Positions 11,573-24,600 of a stretch of 64,000 bases of DNA are shown one piece after another. The position numbers and the translations under genes were made by a program. How positions within the stretch are numbered: position 1 is the first letter of the stretch; the number at the start of each line of letters is the position of its first letter. The notes below the pieces were generated by a model. The model was given only the letters and a program-made list of their open reading frames with translations. It was not told the origin of the DNA and made no database searches. Source of the stretch: Octopus bimaculoides (taxonomy: Eukaryota); contig NC_068999.1 of NCBI RefSeq assembly GCF_001194135.2, positions 2,366,046-2,430,045 of the forward strand. The letters are read 5' to 3'.

Positions 11573-14500
11573 TATTATTACCTTTAGGTACTTTGAGAAA
11601 CAGTTTGCCATTGCCGAAGAGGTAAAGTTACCAATGTTTCTACATTCCAGAAACTGTTCTGATGATTTTTTGGACATCATAAAAAGAAACAAACACCGCA
11701 TTACAGGAGCAGTGGTAAGTTGAACCAGAACAATTCCTGTTTCTTCTAACTCACTCTCAATGACTCTTTGACTCAAACTTCTGATCCTTAATACACTCAA
11801 AACCTTGGATTGCCACTGCATTATTATAATCATAGTAATATCCAATTTTCCATGCTTGCATAGGTCAAACAAAATTTGTTGAGCCAGATTTTCTACGGCC
11901 TGATGTCCTTCCTGTCAGCAAACTTCACTTGTTCCTTAATAAGGTAATATTTCTCCCTAGCTGGACATGTATTTCTGGGAGACTTAGCAATGAACGATAC
12001 CTTATATGACAAGGACACGTGATTACAAGTATTATGTGATACAATATGGTTGGCTTTATGTCATCTTGTCTTGCATATTTTGAGAAAGTAGTCTGCCATG
12101 AACCTTTCTATCTCTCTGTTGACCATGGTATTTATAGCAGCCGTGGCAGCTAGAAGGACAGACATACTGCAGCAGAGATTGTGCCTAAATAGGTCAGCTC
12201 CTGTCCATTCGAATTTTGCCTGACATGGCTGAGGTCGTAGGTCAAAAGGAGAGTTATACACTTTTTCCCATAACAAGGCCATAGTCAAATGACTGAAACA
12301 AGCAAAAGAATAAAATATATATATATGTGTATACATGTGGTTGTGTATCTCTCTATCTATCTATCTGTGTGTGTGTGCATATATATATATGTGAAATATT
12401 TTATATAGTCACCAGGCCATGTGTATATGTCTGCATCTATGCATGTATGTGTACATGTGTATATTTTCACCATTTAACCATTTTTTTAGGTTCATTCTTT
12501 CACAGGAAGCAAAGAAGAAGCTGCAGCTTTGATAGAAGAAGGTCTTTATATTGGCATCAATGGATGGTAAGTGGCATTTACCAACTGTTTGTTGGATTAT
12601 TACTTACTTTTTTTTTTTTCCACGTACTTCTTCCTTCTTTCAATTTTGGCCAGGGTATTATGGCCAAGAGATGAGTTTCAAAGTGTTCTAGTTCCTTGTC
12701 TGGTTGAGAATTTCCCAGATCTAAGACAGAATTGTTCAGACTTTGCTCTGTCAAATAAAAAAAGCTTTCCACTTCATAGTCTTTTTAATAGCTTTTCTCA
12801 TGCATCTGAAACCAATCAGTAAATTCAGCTGAAATGAATTTGTAGAACTGTAATGCATAAGTATTAACGTACTCATTCATTTGGTGAATATATGAGTGCT
12901 TGTTTTTCTGACTTATAGATTCTTGGACTACTACTATCATCACCATCATCATTAAACATGTGTTGTTTATGCTGGCATGGGTTGGACGGTTTGACCAGGG
13001 CTGGCAAGCTGAGGTGCTGCATCAGACTCCAGTCTGATTTGGCAGGGTTTCTATGGCTGGATGCCCTTCATAATGCCAACTACTCCAAGAGTGTAACTAC
13101 ACATACATACATACATATATATATAGTCAATCCAAACAAGAACAAGCAAGAAAAAAAAATGCAAGGATGTGGTACACATAATTGTGTTATTGGATGCTCA
13201 GGAAAGAAAAGAAAGAGGATTTCATGTTTCGAGCAGAGCTCTTCATCAGAAATATAGAAGAAGTCCAAAGAAGGGGAGACGGAGAAAGAAAATCGCCAAC
13301 GATACACACATGGTCACATATAAGGTGCACGTGTGACTGTGTGGTAAAAAGTTTGCTTTCCAATCACAGCACAGCCGTAATAGATATTATATCTCCAGAC
13401 GAATGCAGCAGTGAATTTGCTTTTTTACAACGTACTTACATTAAGTGAGGGTGTGTGATCTAGTGGTAAGGCTGTTTCACTCATGATCGCTATGTCGTGG
13501 GTTCAATTCCCTGCCTGGGTGGCACGTTGTGTTCTTCAGCAAAACACTTCATTCCACCAGTCCCCTTTCGATCAGGGAGGAATGTTGGCCTGCTCGCCAA
13601 CCCCCAGCGCTGTGGTGTCATTTGAAGGCGAAAACAATGCAAAAACGCATTGTGACCGGCGATGTGTAACAACATCTGATAGTCTGGTCGGTCACGTGAT
13701 CACGTGACTTACATTCAGTACAGTACACTGATAGCTATACAATATAATATAATTTATATATCTTTTAAATTCAAAGTTCTTTGAAGACCCAAGAAAATAT
13801 TGATGCCATGTGTTCCATACCACTGGAAAGAATGATGATAGAAACAGGTAAGAAATGAGATATTTATTAACATTTAGTATTTTCTTCGTCAATATCAGAG
13901 TTTGTATAAGTTCCGTCACGATGAATGAAAGTAGTCAGACCGTATTTCGGTAGGGGAAGTAATCAACGATGATAAGCTATATGGTAGACACCACTATATT
14001 ACGTCTCTTACACAAATTGGATTGTAAAACGAAAATAAATCCAAGCAAACGGTTGAACGCGCGTCTGGCATTACTGGGGGAAATGGCGAGGGGTTGGAAA
14101 TCGTAGCAAATCAAGCTCAGAGATGCCTTACCAGTTTGCACTTTGGGGAAAAGGCGGGGGAATGAGAACTTTATCGACTCCACATAATGAAACGGAACCT
14201 GAGCTGAAGGAATGGATTTCCCAACTTCATTCCAGTGACTATAATTGTGCGTCTGATTAGCTCAGTGGTTTAAGGGGTTGGACTCGTGATTGTAAGATTG
14301 TGGGTTCGATTTCTGGACGAGGCAATGCAATGTGTCCTTGAGCAAAATATTTCATTTTATATTCCGTGTCCACTTAGCTATTAAAACTGAATAATCCTAC
14401 AAGAGATTGGCATCCCATCCAGGGAGGAAAATAATACGCCAGAGAAACGCTCCCTACTGAGTTATGGGGACTAACCATTTTGTCAAACAAGGTGGCATAA

Positions 14501-15296
14501 ATAATGATAGTGTTCCCGCATGGTTACAGATACTGATTTGAAACTAGTTTAAATAAAAAATAATTATAAGCTCAAGTTATTGACTTCTTTTCTATTTTTC
14601 TAAAATCATATCTAGATGCTCCATGGTGTGAGATTCGGCCGACCCATGCTGGAGCAAAATTCATTAAGACAACTTTCCCAACAAAGAAGAAAGAGAAATG
14701 GGAGAAAGGATTTTGTGTGAAAAGTCGAAATGAACCTGCAAATATTATGTAAGTAACTTGTATAGGTAGAGAGAAAGTTTTAAATTTTTCCAAGGCAAGG
14801 AAATAGAATCAAATATTAACATTCAAGAATTTGTTGAGTGCTCCAGCATCAGCTGACAAATTCTTGAATGCAATGTTTCAAATATTTTATTTTATTCCAT
14901 TCCATTTCATCAGTAGAACATTAACAATTTGGCAATAGCCTCACCCAAAACTAGTAAAAGAGCAATTTTTTAGAATTATGTGCTGATGCCATGTATAAAG
15001 TACCCAGTAAACTCTGAAGTGGTCACTGTTTGGAAGGGCATCCAGCTGTAGAAACGAAGCCAAAACAGCTCCGTTAAATATGATGATGAGCAACTGAATG
15101 ATTCAATTTGCCGTATTTGTTCTCCATTAAATTATTAACACAAGACTTAATTTTGTTTCTTATATTTTCAAAATTCCACTTTTCTCATTTCAGCCAAGTT
15201 CTTGAAGTGGTAACAACAGCTCGGTCCGAAGACATTAACACTGTTGCAGAAACAGTTTATAGGAATACAATGGAAATGTTCTTCAAAGAATCCTGA
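2887..15296 (+). CDS. TATDN1: TatD DNase domain-containing protein 1 (TatD family metal-dependent nuclease), 12 coding exons, 298 aa (312 aa if ATG 2845 is used)
   Basis: join(2887-2902,8249-8269,9265-9309,9450-9499,10122-10185,10274-10420,10757-10799,11588-11714,12490-12566,13777-13847,14616-14748,15194-15296). All introns are GT-AG, phases are consistent, total 897 nt. Translation [30 protein letters not shown]...[10 protein letters not shown]...AVGECGLDYDRL...PMFLHSRN...VVHSF...IETDAPWC...RNEPANI...FFKES matches TATDN1, including the metal ligands in GECGLD, FLH, VHSF and IETD. Confidence 0.97.
5849..6055. mobile_element. Degenerate hAT-type MITE
   Basis: Left end CAGCGGTTCTTCACC; the right end GGTTAAGAAC only partly matches as an inverted repeat. 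Confidence 0.4.
7541..7860 (+). mobile_element. Penelope-like element terminal fragment, with an inverted partial copy at 6695-6834
   Basis: Contains GAGC-GTAG-GCTC-GAAACGTT, the hairpin-plus-GAAAC signature of PLE terminal repeats, and ends in (TA)n. 7541-7680 is a 128/140 inverted match to 6695-6834. Confidence 0.55.
8583..8866. repeat. 43-bp perfect inverted repeat flanking a (TA)n/(TACA)n array in TATDN1 intron 2
   Basis: 8583-8625 ATTATCTGATGGAAACTGAAAGAAGCCACTTGTATGTATATTA is the exact reverse complement of 8824-8866. Confidence 0.9.
12950..13095 (+). mobile_element. Dispersed repeat family (CATCATTTAACGTC...GGATGCCCTTCCTAA...), probably an RTE-linked SINE. Other copies near 33150-33470, 41135-41330 (-) and 57745-57900
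   Basis: A shared core (CCATGCT.GCATGGGTTGGACG...CTCCA.TCTGATTTGGCA...GCTGGATGCCCTTC.TAA.GCCAAC) recurs at least four times in the window. Confidence 0.7.
13100..13440 (-). mobile_element. Penelope-like element terminal fragment in TATDN1 intron 9
   Basis: Minus strand carries CTGATGA-A-GAGC-TCT-GCTC-GAAAC, followed by a pyrimidine-rich tail ending at (AT)n. Same architecture as 7541-7860. Confidence 0.55.
13447..13705 (+). mobile_element. tRNA-derived SINE
   Basis: tRNA-like head with A-box-like GATCTAGTGG and B-box-like GGTTCAATTCC, followed by a non-tRNA body. Confidence 0.65.
14255..14470 (+). mobile_element. tRNA-derived SINE with conserved central domain (TTGAGCAA...). Related copies near 40570-40750, 54865-55070 and 59370-59720 (-)
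   Basis: A-box TAGCTCAGTGG and B-box GGTTCGATTTC, then CCTTGAGCAAAATATTTCATTT shared with the other copies. Confidence 0.7.
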
Positions 15297-15482
15297 TTAC
15301 ATGAACCACTCTCTCTATTTTATATATATATAAAACGTACAGTTTAATCCTTGCTTAGGACTGTGATCAGCAAGTTGAGAAGACCGAATGGGAAACAAAC
15401 TAGATTGAATTGGACTAAATGTGACCAAGAAATGTTTCCACATCCAGTTTATTATAACCTAAACCATTGTCTTTTGCTGAAA

Positions 15483-15488
15483 AATAAA
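15483..15488 (+). terminator. Candidate polyadenylation signal of TATDN1
   Basis: AATAAA about 190 nt after the TATDN1 stop codon. Confidence 0.4.
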
Positions 15489-16182
15489 TTCTGTTGATGT
15501 TTTCAGTTGTTTCTTTTCTGTCCACTTTAATCCGTTCATTACCATATTTCTGTTGGAATACACTGCTTTTGTTTCAAAAGTGCCAATCTCGAATTGTGGA
15601 AGGGGTATACCCTGGAAGAAGTGGTGAGAAAGGATCTTCAGATGCTGGGCCTCGCAGAGAGGAGATGACAAAGGACCAAGATTTCGGGCGGTTTGCTGTG
15701 TTTGAGAAGATACGCCAAGCTAAGTAAAATTGGCTTGGTTTCCATGGCCAGATGCCCTTTCTAACACCACCACTTTACAGTGTGCTGGGTGCTTTTAACA
15801 TGGCACCATCATGTAAAAGTGGATGGTAAAGATTCTCTGGGAGGAACCAAACTCAGCTCTGTGAAGGTACAAACTAACAGATACACTCTACAATTACAGA
15901 GTGTTGTCACTTCTTACACTAACGAACACAACCATATCTCACGGCACCTATTTTGAGCTAGGTGGACTAATAAGACCTACTGCTGTCTTGTCTACTCAGA
16001 AGTTTGTTTATTGATTCAACCATCGCTGACCCTTACTTTAACCCAAGTTCATCTTTAAAAAAAGGAAAAAAAAAAAAAAGAAGTCACATTTCATCAACAG
16101 TAGAAGACAGAAACATTGCACAGCAAAAATACACCAAAAGCTGTGAAAGAAGAATAAGAGAAAACTGGTTAATAGGAGCTTT

Positions 16183-16200
16183 TTTATTTATTTTTTTATT
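16183..16200 (-). terminator. Candidate polyadenylation signals of TMEM214
   Basis: Two minus-strand AATAAA (TTTATT at 16183-16188 and 16195-16200) about 120 nt after the stop codon. Confidence 0.4.
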
Positions 16201-16314
16201 CAAACAAGTACTTTTGTCTCCTTTCTTTTTAGTTTTAGTTGTTTGTTTTTGCGTTATTTAATAGTCTTAACAAATTTTTAAAAATTAAAATCCTCCTCCA
16301 ATTCCAGCCGATTC

Positions 16315-18565
16315 TCAAGTTGTTGCTGTAGAAGATTCCAGGTACTTGCTACACCACTGGACAAAAGTCAGTGTAACGTGCTGGATGTCCCCCAATGCTT
16401 TTGATAAAGTTTCCTGGATATGCTTCACAGAGAAATCACCCCTGGAATGTTAAAAATAAAAAATTAAAACAAAAACAAATTATCAATGAATTAATTGCTA
16501 AGATTTTCAGCATTGGTTATATAACCCCTTTTATCATTTTAATGACCATCTCAAATTAAGATGTGCCTTGTAAGAAACATATATACTAGTTGTCTGTGTC
16601 ACACACACACACATTCAAGTCCAAAGAATTAAAAAAAAAGATATGATAATCACAAGTAGAATTTGACCACAGATCTGCTGGAGAATAGGGTTCACTTTAT
16701 GTAAACAAACAATTCTCTGAAACAAAAAGGTTTGAAAAGTTGGTCATTTTGAGCCACTTACTCTGCGATACGTGTTGAGAGGAATGTGTAGAAACTTTGG
16801 CTGAAATATGTGAGATGTTGCCATAACCAGAGGCAGTAGTCTTGGAGAAAAGAGAGAGATAACCAGAAGAAATCTATCAGTTGGTCCCAGAACTCTGGTG
16901 ATGCATTGTACAGCTGAAATGAGACAAAAGGAATGAAGAAATGTTACAAATAAAATAATATCTAAGAAAGAAAAAAATCTTCTCAAATGATAAACATGAC
17001 AAAAGTGAATTTATTTTCTAGAAAGCATTTTATCTAAAACCAAACACAGAACTATAGGTTACCCCCACTTAGTAATGCTTTCATTGCTGTATTTCTGTTG
17101 AAACTCACTGCTTTTGTTTAAGATTTTTTCTTAAATAATGAAGAATTTAATTTTAAAAATTCAATCATTAAGCTGGAGTATGGAACATTAACATGGAAAC
17201 AAGAAATTTGTATCATAGAACGAATGGTGGTTTCAAGCAGGTTGGTCACAAAGCAGTTCAGTGCACCCAGTATCACTCCTACATATCATCCTGTATGGGT
17301 TTTCTACCCAACAAAAGGTAGAACTTCTCATAGCCACCCTAACACTGGAGGTTAAACTTTATAAATCAGCCCTAACTAAATGTCTTCCTTAACCAATTGA
17401 CCCAAACTTACAGACAATGAAAGCAAACAAGAGACAGGCAAACAAAAGAGAGAGAGAAAGTAAGAACTGAATAACTGGTAAAGCAAACTGACTTACCCAT
17501 TCCTTGCCTTCTAATAATTTTACATGCAACCAATGTCTTTGAGAGGCTGTGGCATCAACAACATAGAAACTAAATTCCTTCGTCTTCATCCATGCTGTCA
17601 ATAAGTAGGGTCTCAGTGTTTTTTCAGCAACATTGTAATATTTTATGGAATTTTCTTTAAGAAACCTATAATAATAATAATAATAAGGCCTGAAATTTTG
17701 AGGAGGGACGAAGCTAGTCAATCACATCAAAACCCTGTGCTCAAATATTGTCAGCTTTCTACCTTAATAATAAGTAGCAAACAATATACTTACACTCGAG
17801 TTTTGAAAGAGTAGAACTCTATTCGCTGCCATGTATGGAGTGTAGCATCTAAAACACCAAACCTATCTAGAAACTGCACTGTCTGTGAACCTACATAAAA
17901 GAAGAAAGATAGTAAAATGTCGAAATATGTTAGAGCAGAGAAGTCCTGCTCTAATAAGAGGAGCAGTTTTTATACTTTCAACAGCATCTTTACATATAGG
18001 ACAAGATGGTCATGGCTGGAATCAGCACCTTTAAATCATCTGCTTGAACAATGTGGAGTGTTTTGTGCACGAAGTAAAACTAAAAAAGAAACAATGAAAT
18101 CTTGTAGGCCTTACCTCTGAAACTGCCACCAAGGTAAACATCAATGAAAAACAACGATACCAGACAAGATATGATGAGTAAAACCACATGGGACCAAGGA
18201 AACTGGGGCTGCGTCATTTTCTGCAACAAATCCTGTAGAAAAGAAGATTCACAGATTCCATAGAATCTATATCATCATTATCATTTAATGTCTACGTTCC
18301 ATGTTAACACAGATTGGACAAGTTGACAGGATTCAATAGGTCCAACGACCTCATTGTACTCCACTATACACACATACATATACACTCCTACATGCATATC
18401 ACACATACACAGTGTAATAGGCTGGCATTGGGCCCTCCTACAAAACCCATCCTAACATCCCCTCCCTTCTGCTTTTTCGATAACCCCTGTCACTAAACCC
18501 AATCTGTTCTATTGCATGTAATGCCCAACCACCCAATTAGAGACTTTCTCCCCCCCCCCCATGTA

Positions 18566-18613
<48 letters not shown>

Positions 18614-21600
18614 CATACACACACACATACATACGAGGGTGAGTTGAAAAGCTGATAAGCAGACTATGAAGGAGTGATGCTAGAGCTGTGAAATCTTGCA
18701 TGCAAGAATTCCAACCCTTCTTATTAACAACTGCATTGTTTCTTTCCGGGTAAATTCACTGCAACACCAAGAGAATGTCTTGGTTGGCCTTTAAACTTTT
18801 CAGCCAATTCTTGCATATACATATATACACCTATAAGACAAACACGTAGCTTATATTGTTCCCCCGTGACCTCTTGCAATTTGAATCAGATTAAATCAGT
18901 GATAAATATATAAATATATTGAATAATTTGTGTCTGCACACCATGTACATAATACATACCTTGCATATGGACAAACACGGGTCTTTGGAACCCTTCACTG
19001 ATAATTCCATATTAGTCACAGAAAAGGAATGAAGAGTATCGTATAGGAGTTTCTGATTCACCTCTTTTGATATTCTTTTCCAATTCTCAAACAAATAAGT
19101 CATCAGAATTCTAGAGAAAGAACAAGAAAAATTTTTTAAAATAAATAAATAAGAGAAATTAATCATCATTCTTAAATCTATGTTACATTATGATTTTAGA
19201 TAGCATTAGGCCCCTGTTTAAGGGTGAAACTATTTTTGCTTGCAATCTTTTGTTTCAGTCATTAGACTGAGGCCATGCTGGGGCACCACCTTGATAAATT
19301 TTAGTTGAACCAGTTGGCCCCACCACTACTTTCTAAGCCTGGCACTGATTTTATCAGTCTTTTGCCAAACCGCTAAGTTACAGGGATGTAAACATGCCAA
19401 CACAGAACTATGGTTAAGCACTGTGACTCCAGTACTCAGAACAAGTCCAGTACACTAGACTGCTATCACGTTTCTGCCAGTGACATTCAAGACAAGCCAA
19501 CAAGAGAGCTTCTAATACAATTACTTGACCAGCTAGAAATAGCAGACAAATCTCCCTCAACTTACACATGAACATCTTACAAATGAAAGGCAGTACTGGG
19601 GATAAACAACAACAAGAACAAATCCAAAATGGCGAAGGAAAGGTTAATAAATATGCAAACAAAAACAACAATGACAACAACATACCCTGACTGTTTTAGG
19701 TGCTTTGGATACATTTGCTGCCAGAGACTAAAACAATGGTCATCTTTCAAGAGGCACTTCACCAAACTGGTCAGTAACTACAACATCAACAGCACAAAAC
19801 ATCTGAGAATATACTTATGGATTTGATTGGCATTTAGTTATTATATATACACAGAGGTAAATACAGGTAGATACACACACACATATGCTAGACTAAATAT
19901 TTAGTCTAGTTTTCTTCAAATACAAGAAAGTAAGATAAATTGTTTTATATTTTATAAAGCTTACCTCTGTTTTCAAGGCTTGAGAGCATGTGGAATTCAA
20001 CCTGGTGAGGTAGGATGGGAAAAAAGATCGTAACGTTTTTTCTGGATTTGGTCCATATGTAATAACCTTAAGAAAAAAAAATATACAACAATTACAATAA
20101 ATAAATAAAGCACTTTTGAACAGAATATAAACAATGGGAAAAGAACAAGAAAATCAAGAAGTATTTAAATAATCTGATAGGAGAAATAAAAATGGAATGA
20201 AGGGAATATGAGATGGACAGACAGACAACACAAAAGGTTAAAACAGGTAGACAAAAATTTGAAAAGGGACAGATGCAATGCATACAGACAGACATTATGA
20301 ACAGTGAATTTAATGCTGAAAAAAAAAAAAAGGAAAAAAAAAAAGAAGACTGATGTTTCTCAAAGTAGAATAAAGATAAAAGAAACATGTACTGGGTCCC
20401 TTTTTTCCCCCCTGCCACCAGCATTAGTGAGGATGTCATACTACTTGCAAGACTAAGAGCCCCAAGAAAGGTAGCCTTATGCTAGGGGATGATGGGTTAA
20501 AATATGACAAAGGATTAGAGCAGAACAGGTCTCTTGCAGTTGAGGGGCTACATGGCTACTCACATTTTAGAAGAGAAGGTGAGGTGGGGATGATCAGGTG
20601 GAGTGGGAAGATATAGAATAGTGGTGGTAAGTTGTCTGTGTGGACCTTGAAGCAGAAAAGGAGGGTACAATCAAGAAAGATTGGAAGTGCCCAGTGACCA
20701 ATGGTGTGTAACAACATCTGAGAGTCTGATTGATATAGGTGATACAGGTGACGTATCTTATCAAGCCTTCCTCCATAAAACTGAACATCAAAGTTTGAAT
20801 TAGCTAAGATTTGAATCTAAAAACAAAATATTTTAACCCTACAAAGAATTTCAAGGGAAACCCTGACAAGACAAAGGTAAAATAAAAAAAAAGGTATTTA
20901 CCTTCAATTTTGCATTTAACACTTTTAATTTTTTCCGTAAATCATTTTGTATATTGATGTTAGTGTTATATATCAAATCAAGGATGTAGAAATATTCCTT
21001 TACAGAAATTACTCCGTATGCAGAAGACACATTCTTGTGAATACTGAAAAAATATAAATTCATATTGTAGTATGGATTAAAAAATCAAATATGAATATAT
21101 TTATTTCAATAACAAAGATTTTTCGAATAACATGAAATAAAAAGATTACAACATTCTCCAATCTTTCAAAAAAAGTTTGGCCCTCCATGTGAAGGAAATG
21201 TTGGTATCCTTTCCTTGAAAATCAGATTTGTTTTAACATCCATTTTTCCATGCTTGCAGTCAGACAGACAGAATTTGTTGTGGCCAGATGCCATTCCTGG
21301 GCCTACCTCTTCCACAGGCTCCCTCCAGAAAAATATATGAATATATGTTAGGTGAACTTAGCTAAAATTTGGGGGAAAAAATTGTGAAATCTGAATGTAT
21401 ACCTGAATAACATCTCTAAGTAGTCTACGGGATATGATGCCACTGTTATTGTACGAAATCCCAACGATGAAATCATAAGTTCCATCCAAACTGAAAACAA
21501 AATAAAAAAAAAGCATTTAATGTGTGTCGTGTATGTGTGCATATGTACATACATTTTTTATCTTTTACTTGTTTCAGTCATTAGACTGCGGCCATGCTGG

Positions 21601-24600
21601 GGCATACATTTTTATTTCATATTTATTTGTTAGTGGAGACAGTTAACACCTCTCAATCAGTCTCTTTTTAGGCTGCGACAGATTTTGTTTGGGAATTTTG
21701 TCCTTCTAGAACAGAGAACATCACACATTTTGCTGGCTGGTGGATTGGAGCAATGTGAAATAAAGTGTCTTGCTCAAGAACACAACTGAATTTAGAACAA
21801 AGGACCACAAGGTATTTTGTTTAACACACTACTGTTTCTAGCAAAAGCTGGACTATATACAGGTAAATGTTACTAAGATAGGATTTTAAAGGATTTCTTT
21901 CCTCAGTTACATGATGCCCACATGCACAAGAACAAACAACTCAATACGTGTAGATACATACCTGCACACATGTACTCTTATCTCAATGCATGTAGACACA
22001 CCTGCACATACACCTCACAAGGTGAACACTCACCTGCACACATGTAGACTAACCTCAGTGCGTGTAGACAGGCACACGCGCACCCAAAATTAAACAAAAA
22101 TATTTAATTTAATGTCAAACTAAAAAGTTAACGGAAAAATATGAACTTACTTCTCAAGCCTGTAGAAAGGTCCTTAAAACCAGCTTGCCCTAAAGCCCAA
22201 AGGATAGCAGAGCAACGCAAAGGGCGATTTTGGTGACTTTTTAAAAGTTCCATGTACTGTTTGATAGAGAAATGGGAGGAAGAGTCAAACGAAGGAAGTA
22301 TTTTCCAATACGAAAAAAAATAAAAAGTTACATTTTCTTTTTTTTCAATTAAAAAATACACCAAATAACGAGATTAAATAGAAAAGTTGATTAAATGGAA
22401 CTGTCTGTTACTGGTAGAAACTTAGATGACAGAGAGAACAGTAGTTCCCAAAGTAACATTCAATAAACGTATTTTTCCAAGGGTTAGAGAGGTACATATT
22501 CAAGGCAGGAACTATTTTTACTTTTAAAGCTGGATGCTCTTCCAGTTGCCAAATTTTACTTGGTTTTCAAGTAAAGGAATTTTAATTCTAAAGGAATTTG
22601 AAAATAGAGAGAGCAGATGAATTTGCTGATAGAAAATATCAACAAATGGCACTTGTTGCAGCCAAGCCAGAATCAGTTACTTCACTGCTTACAGCTCAGC
22701 TTCAAATAATGACTTCACTGTCTGCAACACAGCTTCATTACTATGGCAACAGTCCGGATACTTATTGATCACGCGCACACACACACACATATGATTGTCA
22801 CCAGGATGAGGGAGTCAACATATATTCTTTAAGAGCCAAATCTTAAATATCAAATTTTAGATTTAAATTTTAATTCACTTGATGAAAATGGTTTTTTTCA
22901 TGATGCAAATGATTTGTTTATCAAAAAAAAAAAGCCCACACTTGAAACAGCTGTAGTGAACATGTGATCTTTCTTGTACAACATATTGTTATGGTCACCC
23001 TTACCTGTGGAAGTTTGGAGATGACTAGATCTGGTTCTTCTCGAGCCAATAACTGAATAAATATACGATAACCATAAGTTGGTAGACCTGCAAATGAAAG
23101 AAATCACGGATTAGACAGACAGCAAATTGTGATCTGATAAAAGTTGGAAGGAAAAAAAAGACAAATGGTTTATTGAGTCAATCCAACAATCTGAAGTTTA
23201 AGTGGCCATCCATTTGAGGCACTACTCTATGTTATCCATACTAAATTTATTTTACTTTCACACACTCACCATGTATATAAAATGTTATATGTTTGGGTGT
23301 TGAAATGGGAGAAAAAATATTGAAGCAGAGAGTCCATTCATTCAGTTGAAGTTTCCGATTCACTCTGCCCACAACTCAGAGTTTCTCCAACTGTGTCCTG
23401 GCAATTCAACTTGACTGTCAGTCTAGATGGAGTGTGCTGTTAGATGCTTGAGTAGGGAAAATACATGACTTACCTTTTGCCGATTCATTCAACATACTGT
23501 TAATGGAATGCCGGAAAATCAGTTCACGCTGGACGGCAGGACTGCGACGTAAGGTTAATAGAAGAAACTTTTTCACATCACTTCTAAGCACACAGAGGGG
23601 GAAATCTGCCAAAAAAACATTTAAAAGATAACGGTCAGAAATACTTGAAGATCTAGTTCATCCAGGGTACTTAACTGGTGCCTATCTTATCGAAGTTGGA
23701 AGTGTGAAAGATAATACATCAGGATTGGCAGGGTTTCAACTTAAAATCAGATCAAATATATCTTGTGAGAGATGGATTCCACTTCCCTAACCATAGTAAT
23801 AATTATTTTTAATTTTGGCAAAAGGCCATCAATTTTGAGGGAAGTGATTTAGTCAATAACATCCAACCCAGTACTTCACTCGTACTTTATTTTATTAGCC
23901 CTGAAAAGATGAAGGTGATATTCAAACTCACAATGTACAGATCTAGAAGAAATACTACAAGGCAATTTTTGCAAAAACTAACAATTCTATCAGTTCACCA
24001 TCCAAACAACAATAATAATGGTTTCAAATTTTGCCACAAGGACAGCCATTTTGGGGTAGGGGATGAGTTGATTACATCAACCCCAGCGTTTCACTGGTAC
24101 TTAATTTATCGACCCAGAAGGATGAAAAGCAAAGTCAACCTTGGCGGAATTTGAACTCAGAATGTAGAAATGGGTGAAATACCACAAAGCGTTTTGTCCA
24201 GCGTGCTAACGGTTCTGCCAGCCTGCCACAACAACAACAACAACAACAATAATAATCTTTTCTACTCAAGGCACAAGGCCTGAAATTTTGGGGGAGGGTG
24301 CAGGTCGATTAAATCAACCTCAGTATGCAACTGGTACTTAATTTATTGACCTTGAAAGGATGAAAGGCAAAGTTGACCTCGGCGGAATTTGAACTCAGAA
24401 CATAAAGACAGAGGAAGTACTGCTAGCATTTCGCCCAGCGTGTTAACGATTCTGCCAGCTCGCTGCCGTGATTAATAATAAGATTAGTAAGAATCCCATT
24501 GAAATAAAGGTTCACCTTTTGGTTTATCTTTGAAAACTGGATCTTTTTCTGGAAATTTTTCAAACTGAACATTTAGGTAAGATGAGAGATCCTTTAACCA

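Noticed and set aside
14255-14330. tRNA gene (and other A/B-box heads)
   Set aside because: No complete cloverleaf or acceptor stem; the heads continue into SINE bodies.
15296-16315. Overlapping 3'UTRs (natural antisense) of convergent TATDN1 and TMEM214
   Set aside because: Each gene has AATAAA candidates within about 200 nt of its stop, leaving about 700 bp between them; overlap cannot be supported without RNA data.
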